DNA of 64,000 bases, taken from positions 151,177 to 215,176 of the forward strand of contig PYIZ01000010.1 in NCBI GenBank assembly GCA_003635265.1, written 5' to 3'. Position numbers and translations under genes: made by a program. Positions 47,797-55,056 of the stretch are shown piece after piece. The notes under the pieces were generated by a model. That model worked only from the letters and a program-made list of their open reading frames with translations. It made no database searches and was not told the DNA's origin. The first letter of the stretch is position 1; every line of letters begins with the position of its first letter. The stretch is from Candidatus Poribacteria bacterium (GTDB lineage: Bacteria > Poribacteria > WGA-4E > PCPOR2b).

Positions 47797-47826
47797 ATTA
47801 TATCATACTTTTGTTAAGAAAAGCAA
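47797..47826 (-). promoter_or_regulatory. Sigma70-type promoter candidate inside the 578-bp spacer, facing gspG
   Basis: The minus strand reads TTGCTT-18 nt-TATAAT with an extended -10 TG (tgatataat). It predicts a leader of about 330 nt before gspG. Confidence 0.4.
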
Positions 47827-47827
47827 G

Positions 47828-47859
47828 CCCCGATAGGTCGGGATCCCGAGAATCGGGAC
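47828..47859. repeat. Two adjacent CCCGA-N4-TCGGG hairpins (family 5)
   Basis: ccccgataggtcgggatcccgagaatcgggac. The second hairpin is the exact reverse complement of gtcccgattctcgggat in copy A (27058-27074). Confidence 0.7.
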
Positions 47860-48035
47860 AAAATTACGTCGTTTGACCCAACGCTAAAGCATTGGGATTG
47901 TTTCCAGTATTTTCATGAAAAGATCTGTCTCATTGTAGCACAATCCCTCAATGGGCGCAAGGACAATCTGAAAGGCGTTTCGTCATCCACCAACCTAGAG
48001 GCGAACGATCAACGCATCGAAGGTAGCGCTTACGT

Positions 48036-48743
48036 TCACCTATCCTGTTTGATTCGTCCCCATGTTGTCGTAAGTGCCTCCTGCCTATCTACGGCGCGTG
48101 CGCGCCCGGGCCCACCGTTCTTGATGTTTACCCCTGTAATTGCTACATCGTCAAAGCGACCTTCCGCATTACCGACAACAAGCCCTGCTTGACCGGACTT
48201 GAGAGGGGAGGAATCTTCCGACACAAAAACTTGACCATTGACCTGAAACTCAAGTTGACCATCATTGACGGTTGCCTTCAGGTGATACCACGTGTCAATG
48301 TCTGAGACAAAGGGAAATGTTCGGGTAGACCAGTTTCTTGGAGACGCTTTGATGATTGACACTGTGCCAAAAAAGAAATTAATAAAGAACAGATAACGGG
48401 TGTCCTCTTCACCTCTATCGTGTAACGTGAGTCCTATGTATGCAGGATCGTTTCGCTCCTTGACCAATTTCCCTCGACATGAAACCGAGTAGTTCTCCCA
48501 GTCCAACTCTCCCGTCAACCACAAACTCATGAACCCACGCTTAAAGATTCGTCCAACCGCCTCGCCCTTATTGACCCACCAATTTTCAACCTGACGGTCT
48601 AAATTGTAAATTTTCCATTCCCTAGTGATTCTGTCCTCGAAATCGTCGCGCCACGTACCTGCGAAACTGATTTGTCCACACATTAAAACGACAATTTGCA
48701 TGAGAGCTATCAACAAAACACAATAGGATTTCATCGAGGTCAT
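48036..48743 (-). CDS. Secreted LamG/DUF1080-like (concanavalin-type jelly-roll) protein
   Basis: 235-aa ORF with a signal peptide. The W...W.V..G..., YSV, TWYHLKATV, GQAGLVVGNAEGRFDDVAI pattern is typical of DUF1080/LamG-like domains. ATG 48734 is an alternative start. Confidence 0.65.
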   Translation of the reverse strand: MTSMKSYCVLLIALMQIVVLMCGQISFAGTWRDDFEDRITREWKIYNLDRQVENWWVNKGEAVGRIFKRGFMSLWLTGELDWENYSVSCRGKLVKERNDPAYIGLTLHDRGEEDTRYLFFINFFFGTVSIIKASPRNWSTRTFPFVSDIDTWYHLKATVNDGQLEFQVNGQVFVSEDSSPLKSGQAGLVVGNAEGRFDDVAITGVNIKNGGPGRARAVDRQEALTTTWGRIKQDR

Positions 48744-48926
48744 GCCTCCTCACATTGGTACAAATTCCTGATCTTTATCTACCGACACCAGCGATTATCC
48801 GTGCGAGGATCTGTCGGAATAGTAGCAAAGATCTTGCTGAAGTGTCAAGCAAAATTCAGACCACATAGGAGATTATGCGGCACCTCTTCAATGCGTCGTC
48901 AAGTTCGATTCCGCCAAAAAATGTGA

Positions 48927-49769
48927 TTAGAGGCATCGTCGCGCTTCCCTCTCAATATACGTCCGTAACTCTTTTGGCAGTGAAGGCAATGCCCCCACTG
49001 CAGCATTTTCTCGAATCCGTTCCGGTTTTGATGTCGCTGGGATCACGACGCTCACCCGCGTATCCGCGAGAATCCATGCCAATAATGCCTGCGCCCACGT
49101 TTCTATCCCATGTGCTTCAAGTGGCGCGAGATTCGGTTCCCTTTTGAGTCCCATCACCAATCCCCCGACGCCGAGCGGCTGCATCACAATCACGCCAATA
49201 CCAAGATCCTCAGCAAGCGGCAAGATCTCCTGTTCACACGTCCGTTCCAATACGTTATACGGGATCTGGATTGTACTGATCCGCCCGCCCCTCATGATTC
49301 GAATCATCTCCGGATAGGAGGCGGTCATATAGTGTGTGATTCCGATAAGACCGATTTTCCCTTCCGCTTTCAACCCTTCTAGGGTTGGCAGGTGGGTTTC
49401 CCAGTCCAAGAGATTATGGATCTGAAAAACATCAATATAGTCGGTCCGAAACCGTTCAAAAGATTGAGCGATTTCCGCTTTGCCCTGTGCCAACCCCGTA
49501 CACCAGACTTTCGTCGCCAACTGAAACTGTTCTCCTTTACCTTCGGTGGTTACGCCAACCACACTTTCACTTTCGCCGTACATCGGCGACGAGTCGAGGA
49601 AGGAAACACCCTCCGAGAGACAGGCTGTGATGATCTCCTTACGAATAGCAATGTCCGCCTTTGAGCGGACATCAAACGTCTTCCAAGTGCCCATTCCGAT
49701 AGGCGGCACCGCAAGTGTTGCCAGTTTCCGTGTCTGCATACCTTCACTCCTCGGCTGATTGACTCTCAA
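48927..49769 (-). CDS. Aldo/keto reductase
   Basis: 280-aa ORF with AKR blocks (FLDSSPMYG, DVFQIHN, IGITHY). Its start overlaps the stop of the upstream gene by 4 nt. Confidence 0.88.
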   Translation of the reverse strand: MRVNQPRSEGMQTRKLATLAVPPIGMGTWKTFDVRSKADIAIRKEIITACLSEGVSFLDSSPMYGESESVVGVTTEGKGEQFQLATKVWCTGLAQGKAEIAQSFERFRTDYIDVFQIHNLLDWETHLPTLEGLKAEGKIGLIGITHYMTASYPEMIRIMRGGRISTIQIPYNVLERTCEQEILPLAEDLGIGVIVMQPLGVGGLVMGLKREPNLAPLEAHGIETWAQALLAWILADTRVSVVIPATSKPERIRENAAVGALPSLPKELRTYIEREARRCL

Positions 49770-50698
49770 AGTTCAGCTAATATGGATTTAATATAATCAA
49801 CCGCCTTCGCTTCCAAATCCTCGCCCGGATGTCTCGGTTGACCCAGATGCTCCGGATTCAGGATGCCCTGATAGTTGGCATCGCGCAAGGCAGCGATTAT
49901 GGCAGGAAGCTCTACCCGCCCCTCGCCAAGAGGCCCCTCCCGTCCGGAGGGCCACCGATCCGAGTGATCCCGGAGTTGACAGAAATGGATCTTGCCCGCA
50001 AACTCTCCCACCAACGACGGTACATCTCCACCGGGGATATCCATACCGGTACACAACGTCACACCATTCGATGGGCTCGGAACTGCATTCACCAAGCGCC
50101 GTAATTCTTTCCAAGTTCCAACAAGGAAGGGGCCACCCCAATCCTCGGTCATATAGCTCCCATAATCTTCAATTCTGACGCCTTCCGCAACAGCGCGTTC
50201 ACGCACACCATCGGGCAGGAGTCGGTGGAGACTGTGATTTCCAATTCTGACATTGTTAGCCTCTGCCACCGGCATCAGTTCACGGTAGATGTCAATCAGT
50301 CCCTCCCAGCACGTCTCTTCCTGCGCGAGATCCAGCGGCTTGCCGATATCAACGTAGTGCAATACTGCTGTGATACCAACTGCTCCCAAAACTTCGATCA
50401 TCCGCAGCATCGCATCAATGCAGCGACGATCGCGATTAAGCAATATGTCTGGATTCGTCGAGCCGTTACGCCAAGGTCGCGGGGGCCACTTCGCAAACCA
50501 ATAGGTCGCACTTGGCACTTTAATGCCGTTGTCCTCTAACCGTCCCTTGAGTTCTCGCAGACTGTCCGGAGCCGGACACCCATTTTCGGCATATCCGGGC
50601 AGGGAAGCACAACTGATAAAAACACGCTCTACGCCGAGTTGGTTGCAACGTTCAACGGTTGCTTCAAGGTCAGTTGAGGCACCAATTCCGATTTTCAT
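49766..50698 (-). CDS. Sugar phosphate isomerase/epimerase (xylose isomerase-like TIM barrel)
   Basis: 310-aa ORF with a gaggagaaa RBS. TIM-barrel pattern. Translationally coupled to the AKR gene. Confidence 0.8.
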   Translation of the reverse strand: MKIGIGASTDLEATVERCNQLGVERVFISCASLPGYAENGCPAPDSLRELKGRLEDNGIKVPSATYWFAKWPPRPWRNGSTNPDILLNRDRRCIDAMLRMIEVLGAVGITAVLHYVDIGKPLDLAQEETCWEGLIDIYRELMPVAEANNVRIGNHSLHRLLPDGVRERAVAEGVRIEDYGSYMTEDWGGPFLVGTWKELRRLVNAVPSPSNGVTLCTGMDIPGGDVPSLVGEFAGKIHFCQLRDHSDRWPSGREGPLGEGRVELPAIIAALRDANYQGILNPEHLGQPRHPGEDLEAKAVDYIKSILAEL

Positions 50699-51053
50699 GG
50701 GTTTCTCCTCTGTTTTGGAAGGTCAGGGGTCAAGGGTAATCTAGTAATAATTATACCACAACACTACCAAGAACAAAATAGAAACAGGTAATCAAGCAGG
50801 GAGATCGGATCTGTTATAAGAGTTTTGTTATCGAACGATTTGTTGCATTTGCGCTTTATCATGTCTTTTGTCTCTTAGCGCAAACCGTCGAAGCCGGTAA
50901 ACCAAGGGCCCATGTGATCACTTAAGTTTTTTTTGCGCTATTCCGCGTTATGAGCCAATAGCGCAATTAGAAGCGATTCTGTTGAACATCAATGTTTTAG
51001 GTCAATATAATTCATAAACATATCTTAAAAATAAATTTTATTAATTATTATTA

Positions 51054-51082
51054 TTGACATTTATTATTTTGTCGGTTATAAT
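51054..51082 (+). promoter_or_regulatory. Consensus sigma70 promoter upstream of the DUF2089 gene
   Basis: Exact TTGACA-17 nt-TATAAT (ttgacatttattattttgtcggttataat) in an AT-rich 428-bp spacer, 45 nt upstream of ATG 51127. Confidence 0.55.
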
Positions 51083-51126
51083 ATGTGGCAGTAAAATCTG
51101 AATTCTTTTTGTAAGAGGTAGTGTTT

Positions 51127-51510
51127 ATGCGCAAACCAATCAGCAACTGTCCAATCTGCGACGGACGGCTTGAACCTGTCAAACTGAAATGTACTTCCTG
51201 CGAAATGGCAATGGAAGGAAGTTTCCCAATTTCCAAACTTGGATTGCTCCCCTCGGATCAGCAGCAATTTGTCGAGGCGTTCCTCGTTGCCAGAGGCAAT
51301 ATCAAGGAGGTGGAAAAAGAACTGGGAATCTCATACCCAACAGTGCGAAAAAAGCTGGACGAGGTCATTGACGCACTGGGCTATGCACCTCACGCAGAAC
51401 GGCGGGAGCAACTCGAAATCCTTGAGGCAATCGAAAGTGGCGAGATGTCCCCTCAGGAAGGCATCGCAGCCATGCAAACACTTAGCAGCGCCCCTGACAA
51501 ATCCGAATAG
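51127..51510 (+). CDS. DUF2089-type zinc-ribbon plus HTH protein
   Basis: CPICDGRLEPVKLKCTSCE zinc ribbon (CxxC-x10-CxxC). HTH region GNIKEVEKELGISYPTVRKKLDEVIDAL. C-terminal helical motif QLEILEAIESGEMSPQEGIAAMQTL. ATG 51127 is preferred over GTG 51121. Confidence 0.8.
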   Translation: MRKPISNCPICDGRLEPVKLKCTSCEMAMEGSFPISKLGLLPSDQQQFVEAFLVARGNIKEVEKELGISYPTVRKKLDEVIDALGYAPHAERREQLEILEAIESGEMSPQEGIAAMQTLSSAPDKSE

Positions 51511-51566
51511 CACGAAATACAGCTGAATTTAGTCAGTTAACCATCCAAAAAATCGGAGGTATAATT

Positions 51567-52451
51567 ATGTATGCAGCACAACGGAAGGTACTCACTCTCC
51601 TTCATGACCACAAAGTTACCATCGATGAAGCCGAGGAACTCTTGAGCGCAATGGAAACGTCACAGCGGTCACCGGCTCCATCAATTCCCAAAGTCGAGTT
51701 GATCGGCACAAGCAAGTGGACGGAACAGTTTCGTACTAACTTACATAAAATCGCAGGGACGCAATCGCCTGTTTTAATTCAAGGGGAAACGGGAACAGGG
51801 AAAGAGTTAGTCGCCCGGATAATCCACTACAATAGTAAGTATGCAAGCGGTCCCTTTGTCGTTTTTCACACTGCATCAACACACTCAACGCTCATCAATA
51901 GTGAAATATTTGGTCATGAGCAAGGGGCTTTCACGGGGGCAGCTAATCAAAAAAAAGGAATGCTCGAAATAGCAAATGGCGGCACAGTATGTCTTGATGA
52001 GATTGATGCACTTCCGCTTGAAACCCAAAATCGCTTGCACGATTTTCTGGTAAACGGCTATTTCTCCCGTGTTGGCGGGACAAAGCCGATCTATGCCAAC
52101 GTCCGTATTATCGGCACAACTCATGGAGATCTCAAGCAGTTTGTCGATCAAAAGAAGTTTAGATCTGATCTATACTACCGCCTGAGTGTCTGTATAGTGC
52201 AATCCCCACCACTCCGAGAACGTCTTGACGATCTCCCTGCTCTGGTCCAGCATTTCGTTGAACAACAGGCGGAATTAGACAGCAAGAATCCGCCCCAAGT
52301 ATCCGATGCAGCAATGAACCTGCTTTGCAAATATGATTGGCCAGAAAACGTTCGCGAGTTGTATGGGGTCATATCAAGGGCAGTCGTACTCTGCGACGAT
52401 GACGAGATTACGCCAGATTACCTGCCCGCACTTACACCCTCGCAGCCATAA
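51567..52451 (+). CDS. Sigma54-interaction-domain AAA+ ATPase (minimal enhancer-binding protein without a recognisable DNA-binding domain)
   Basis: 294-aa ORF with a ggaggt RBS. Walker A GETGTGKE, GAFTGA loop, Walker B CLDEIDAL, ENVREL arginine-finger region. The protein ends about 25 aa after that, with no Fis-type HTH. Only about 45 aa precede the AAA+ core. Confidence 0.88.
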   Translation: MYAAQRKVLTLLHDHKVTIDEAEELLSAMETSQRSPAPSIPKVELIGTSKWTEQFRTNLHKIAGTQSPVLIQGETGTGKELVARIIHYNSKYASGPFVVFHTASTHSTLINSEIFGHEQGAFTGAANQKKGMLEIANGGTVCLDEIDALPLETQNRLHDFLVNGYFSRVGGTKPIYANVRIIGTTHGDLKQFVDQKKFRSDLYYRLSVCIVQSPPLRERLDDLPALVQHFVEQQAELDSKNPPQVSDAAMNLLCKYDWPENVRELYGVISRAVVLCDDDEITPDYLPALTPSQP

Positions 52452-52539
52452 GTGCCACATTAGAAATGTGACAGCATAAAGGTAAGGATAGAGAAGACGA
52501 CTCCTATGCGTTGTTCCAATGCTCAGGAAGCAGCAAAAA

Positions 52540-52569
52540 TTGACGATTTCATTCACAGCGTAGTATAAT
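52540..52569 (+). promoter_or_regulatory. Sigma70-type promoter candidate upstream of the hupE remnant
   Basis: TTGACG-18 nt-TATAAT (ttgacgatttcattcacagcgtagtataat), about 125 nt upstream of ATG 52694. Confidence 0.45.
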
Positions 52570-52582
52570 ATCCCAAGTTGCC

Positions 52583-52607
52583 GGTAGTAGGCACATTTCG
52601 TATGCCC
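52583..52607 (+). repeat. GGTAGTAGGCA...ATGCC motif (family 3)
   Basis: ggtagtaggcacatttcgtatgccc, located in the hupE leader. Confidence 0.55.
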
Positions 52608-52693
52608 GAACTAGAGTGCACAGGGATCTAAGCCGGATTGAACGCTAACCGTAAAATCCAAGACATAGAAACAATAACACGAAAGGAAAGTTT

Positions 52694-53061
52694 ATGAGGA
52701 AAATCGTTCTAGCAGCGGTGGGAATCGTATCGTTTCTTCCAAGCATCTCCTACGCACACAAAGGGACGGCGGATTCATGGCCGGACTAACGCACCCAGTT
52801 CTTGGATTTGATCATCTTCTAGCAATGTTGAGCGTAGGAATTCTGAGCGCACAAATGGGTGGGCTAGCTATATGGAGGGTGCCGTTAACCTTTGTGCTTG
52901 TTATGCTCGGCGGTGGAGTTCTTGGAATAAACGGTATACCACTATTCTCAGTCGAATTAGGTATCGCCTTGTCTGTGCTAGCACTAGGTGTCGCGATTGC
53001 CTTAGAAAAGAAACTTTCACCAGTGTTAGCCATGATATTTGTTGGGTTCTTCGCCATATTT
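52694..53061 (+). pseudogene. hupE: HupE/UreJ-family Ni/Co transporter gene, frameshifted near the signal peptide and truncated after the FHG motif
   Basis: The signal peptide MRKIVLAAVGIVSFLPSISYAHKG is in one frame (52694-52783, then a stop). The mature part GGFMAGLTHPVLGFDHLLAM...FFAIFHG is in another frame (the 52777 ORF). The expected HAHGxE motif and the last TM helices are missing after nt ~53061. Confidence 0.55.
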
Positions 53062-53145
53062 CACGGCAGTGGTGTCCCTTATTCCGCAAAATTCTACACT
53101 GTCATCAAATCTGACTTTCTTTTCTTACGACCCGGAAAAAGGATG

Positions 53146-53180
53146 CGGAGACCGAGTTTTTTGGGAAAACTCGGTCTCCG
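53146..53180. repeat. Minimal family-4 hairpin, copy C (perfect 15-bp stem)
   Basis: cggagaccgagtttt-ttggg-aaaactcggtctccg. The stem sequence is related to the outer stems of copies A and B. It lies 105 nt beyond the 3' end of the 53285 lipoprotein gene. On the minus strand, ttttt follows 6 nt after the stem. Confidence 0.7.
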
Positions 53181-53284
53181 CTATCTTTGCAGCTGTTACG
53201 CTGGAAGCCAAGTGCCATTTTGCGCTAAGACAGCCAGCCTAAACCACCACGCAACCCCTGAAGTATCTCAGCCGTGACTCGCTT

Positions 53285-53893
53285 TTACTCATCTTCGGGT
53301 GGAGGATTCACATATGCGGGATTTTCAATTTCCTCAATCTGTTTACCAAACTTCTCACCCGTGTAATCAGCTTGTTTAATTTGCCACCCCTCTTCACGGT
53401 CTTTTACCATTAATGCGGTTACAATACCGTTAACCGCCCACCGATAACTGCCGCGCACGTTAGCTTTTTTGCCGGTTGTATTGATTGCGACGCTATTGAT
53501 ATCAACGCTCATGTTGCCTTTGCGTATGTGAAAGATACCTTCCCACCCCTTTTTGACTGCTTTCCAACCGAGGTGTTTTTCAAACGCTCCTGCCCAAAAA
53601 ACCCAAGCGACAAAAACATCTTCGCTTTCGCTTTTCAACCAGTAGGCCATAAATTTGTTGGGATCCTCGGTTCCAATGGCTTCGGCGTGTAGGGTAAAAG
53701 CCTCGATAATTGCCGCTTCTTCGGCTGGATAATCAACGATAATTTGTACGACTTCGCCACCGCCCGACGTCGTTGGCGGGGTTGACGGTTGTGCTGGCTG
53801 CTTATCTGTCTCGTCGGTCGAATCCGCGCCACAAGCAATGAACCCCACGATAAATAGCGCACAGGTTAAGTAAGCTATAAAGTTCCGCTCCAT
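53285..53893 (-). CDS. Lipoprotein with an NTF2-like (SnoaL/DUF4440-type) domain, paralogue 1
   Basis: 202-aa ORF. Lipobox VGFIAC followed by a Pro/Thr/Gly linker. A W/F-rich alpha+beta cone pattern ends in EGWQIKQADYT. C-terminal tail PAYVNPPPEDE. Confidence 0.7.
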   Translation of the reverse strand: MERNFIAYLTCALFIVGFIACGADSTDETDKQPAQPSTPPTTSGGGEVVQIIVDYPAEEAAIIEAFTLHAEAIGTEDPNKFMAYWLKSESEDVFVAWVFWAGAFEKHLGWKAVKKGWEGIFHIRKGNMSVDINSVAINTTGKKANVRGSYRWAVNGIVTALMVKDREEGWQIKQADYTGEKFGKQIEEIENPAYVNPPPEDE

Positions 53894-53966
53894 TGTTTTC
53901 TCCTTCCTGCGGTCATGTTGCTAATGAAAGTCCCCTATGCATAGATAATTCAACCAATGTTCACTT

Positions 53967-54569
53967 CTACTCATCTTCGGGTGGAGGATTCACATACGCA
54001 GGATCCTTAAGTTCATCGACCTGGTCTCCAAACTTTTTATTTGTGTAATCAACTTGCTCAATTTTCCACCCGTCGTCACGGTCCTTCTTTACCATCGAAG
54101 CAATGAACCCACCGCTCACCGCCCATCGATATTTGCCGTATAACGTGGCGTTTTTGCCGAATTTATCAATTGCAATGCTCTCGAATTCAACGCTCATTTT
54201 ACCGCTGCGCAGGCGAAAGATACCTTCCCACCCCTTTTTGATCGCTTTCCAACCGAGGTGCTTCTCAAACGCTCCTGCCCAAAAATCCCAAGCGACAAAA
54301 ACATCCTCGCTCTCGCTCTTCAACCAATACGGCATAAACTCGTCAGGGTCCTTCGTTCCGATACCTTCGGCGTGTAGGGTGAAAACCTCTCGGAGTGCTT
54401 CTTCCTCGAGTGCATAATCAACCTCAGGTAGTTTGATGACATCGCCACCACCTGATGTCGTGGGCTTTTCGGGCTGCTTATCCGCCTCATCTTCCGAATC
54501 TCCTCCGCAAGCAGTGAAGCCCACGACAAATAGCACGCAGATTAAGTAAGTTCTAAATTTCCATTTCAT
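53967..54569 (-). CDS. Lipoprotein with an NTF2-like (SnoaL/DUF4440-type) domain, paralogue 2
   Basis: 200-aa ORF. Lipobox VGFTAC. About two-thirds identical by eye to 53285-53893, with the same tail PAYVNPPPEDE. Shares the 5' UTR block tcctgcggtcatgttg. Confidence 0.7.
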   Translation of the reverse strand: MKWKFRTYLICVLFVVGFTACGGDSEDEADKQPEKPTTSGGGDVIKLPEVDYALEEEALREVFTLHAEGIGTKDPDEFMPYWLKSESEDVFVAWDFWAGAFEKHLGWKAIKKGWEGIFRLRSGKMSVEFESIAIDKFGKNATLYGKYRWAVSGGFIASMVKKDRDDGWKIEQVDYTNKKFGDQVDELKDPAYVNPPPEDE

Positions 54570-54687
54570 TATTTTCCCCCTCCTGCGGTCATGTTGTTAG
54601 CAAACAATGCGTTACGGTCCTAAAATTTCCCCATCCGCAAAGGAAATTCTGTAGACAAGCCAGGTCCGCGGATATGTGACATCAATC

Positions 54688-54716
54688 ATTTTAACCGTGT
54701 TTTAAGGAAAAGTCAA
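54688..54716 (-). promoter_or_regulatory. Sigma70-type promoter candidate for the lipoprotein pair
   Basis: The minus strand reads TTGACT-17 nt-TAAAAT, about 118 nt upstream of ATG 54569. Confidence 0.45.
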
Positions 54717-55056
54717 GAAATTAAGGGACTAATTTTTTTGTAGACCTCTGTTTGAATATATGATAGCATAACACGGTTTTGAGAAAATGTGGTGCGATGC
54801 GATAGTGGTTAGACCATTCCGAAGTAGTAAGCTAACTGTGACAGCGATTGGCATGGACTGTTGCCGTATCACTTGTAACGCGATGGTACTAGCACCACGG
54901 CGTGAGAATATGATCCTGCGTTTGCAATCTATTGCGATCGCCGCATCTGTTTTCAATAAAGTAATTTCACAGAGTACGTTACTTATCCTGACTCTACGAC
55001 AAGTGATCGTTTATTTTTTAGGATGAGTCAATTTTTTGGATAGGAGTTCATTCTTG

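Noticed and set aside
47520-47800. RNase P RNA, tmRNA or group II intron domain V in the long spacer
   Set aside because: Superficial resemblances (ggtaagtcc, agccgtata) do not extend to the conserved cores (GAGGAAAGUCC, ACAGAAxCCGGCUUA, the 34-nt domain V hairpin). No intron-encoded protein is present.
47486-47836. 116-aa plus-strand ORF in the 578-bp spacer
   Set aside because: It has only a TTG start and no RBS. The sequence does not look protein-like (Arg/Leu/Ser-rich, no motif). I treat the region as non-coding, but a decayed gene cannot be excluded.
50930-50975. Hairpin tgcgctatt...aatagcgca preceded by a T-run in the AT-rich spacer
   Set aside because: The T-run lies on the wrong side of the stem for a terminator on either strand. 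No function can be supported.
52588-52606. Sigma54 (-24/-12) promoters near the AAA+ activator, for example aggcac...tatgc, tggcacttggcttcc at 53210-53224 (minus strand), and tggcacg in coding regions
   Set aside because: None has the required GG-N10-GC spacing together with a TTGC-like -12 element. I found no convincing sigma54 promoter in the window.
52570-52693. Cobalamin or NiCo riboswitch in the hupE leader
   Set aside because: The leader is only about 120 nt and lacks a B12 box. Its one structured element is the family-3 motif, which also occurs upstream of unrelated genes.
54880-54940. TPP-riboswitch-like string (gtgagaa ... tgatcctgcg) upstream of the M20 peptidase gene
   Set aside because: Only two short fragments resemble the THI box. 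The ACCC/GGG pairing elements are missing, and the downstream gene is unrelated to thiamine.
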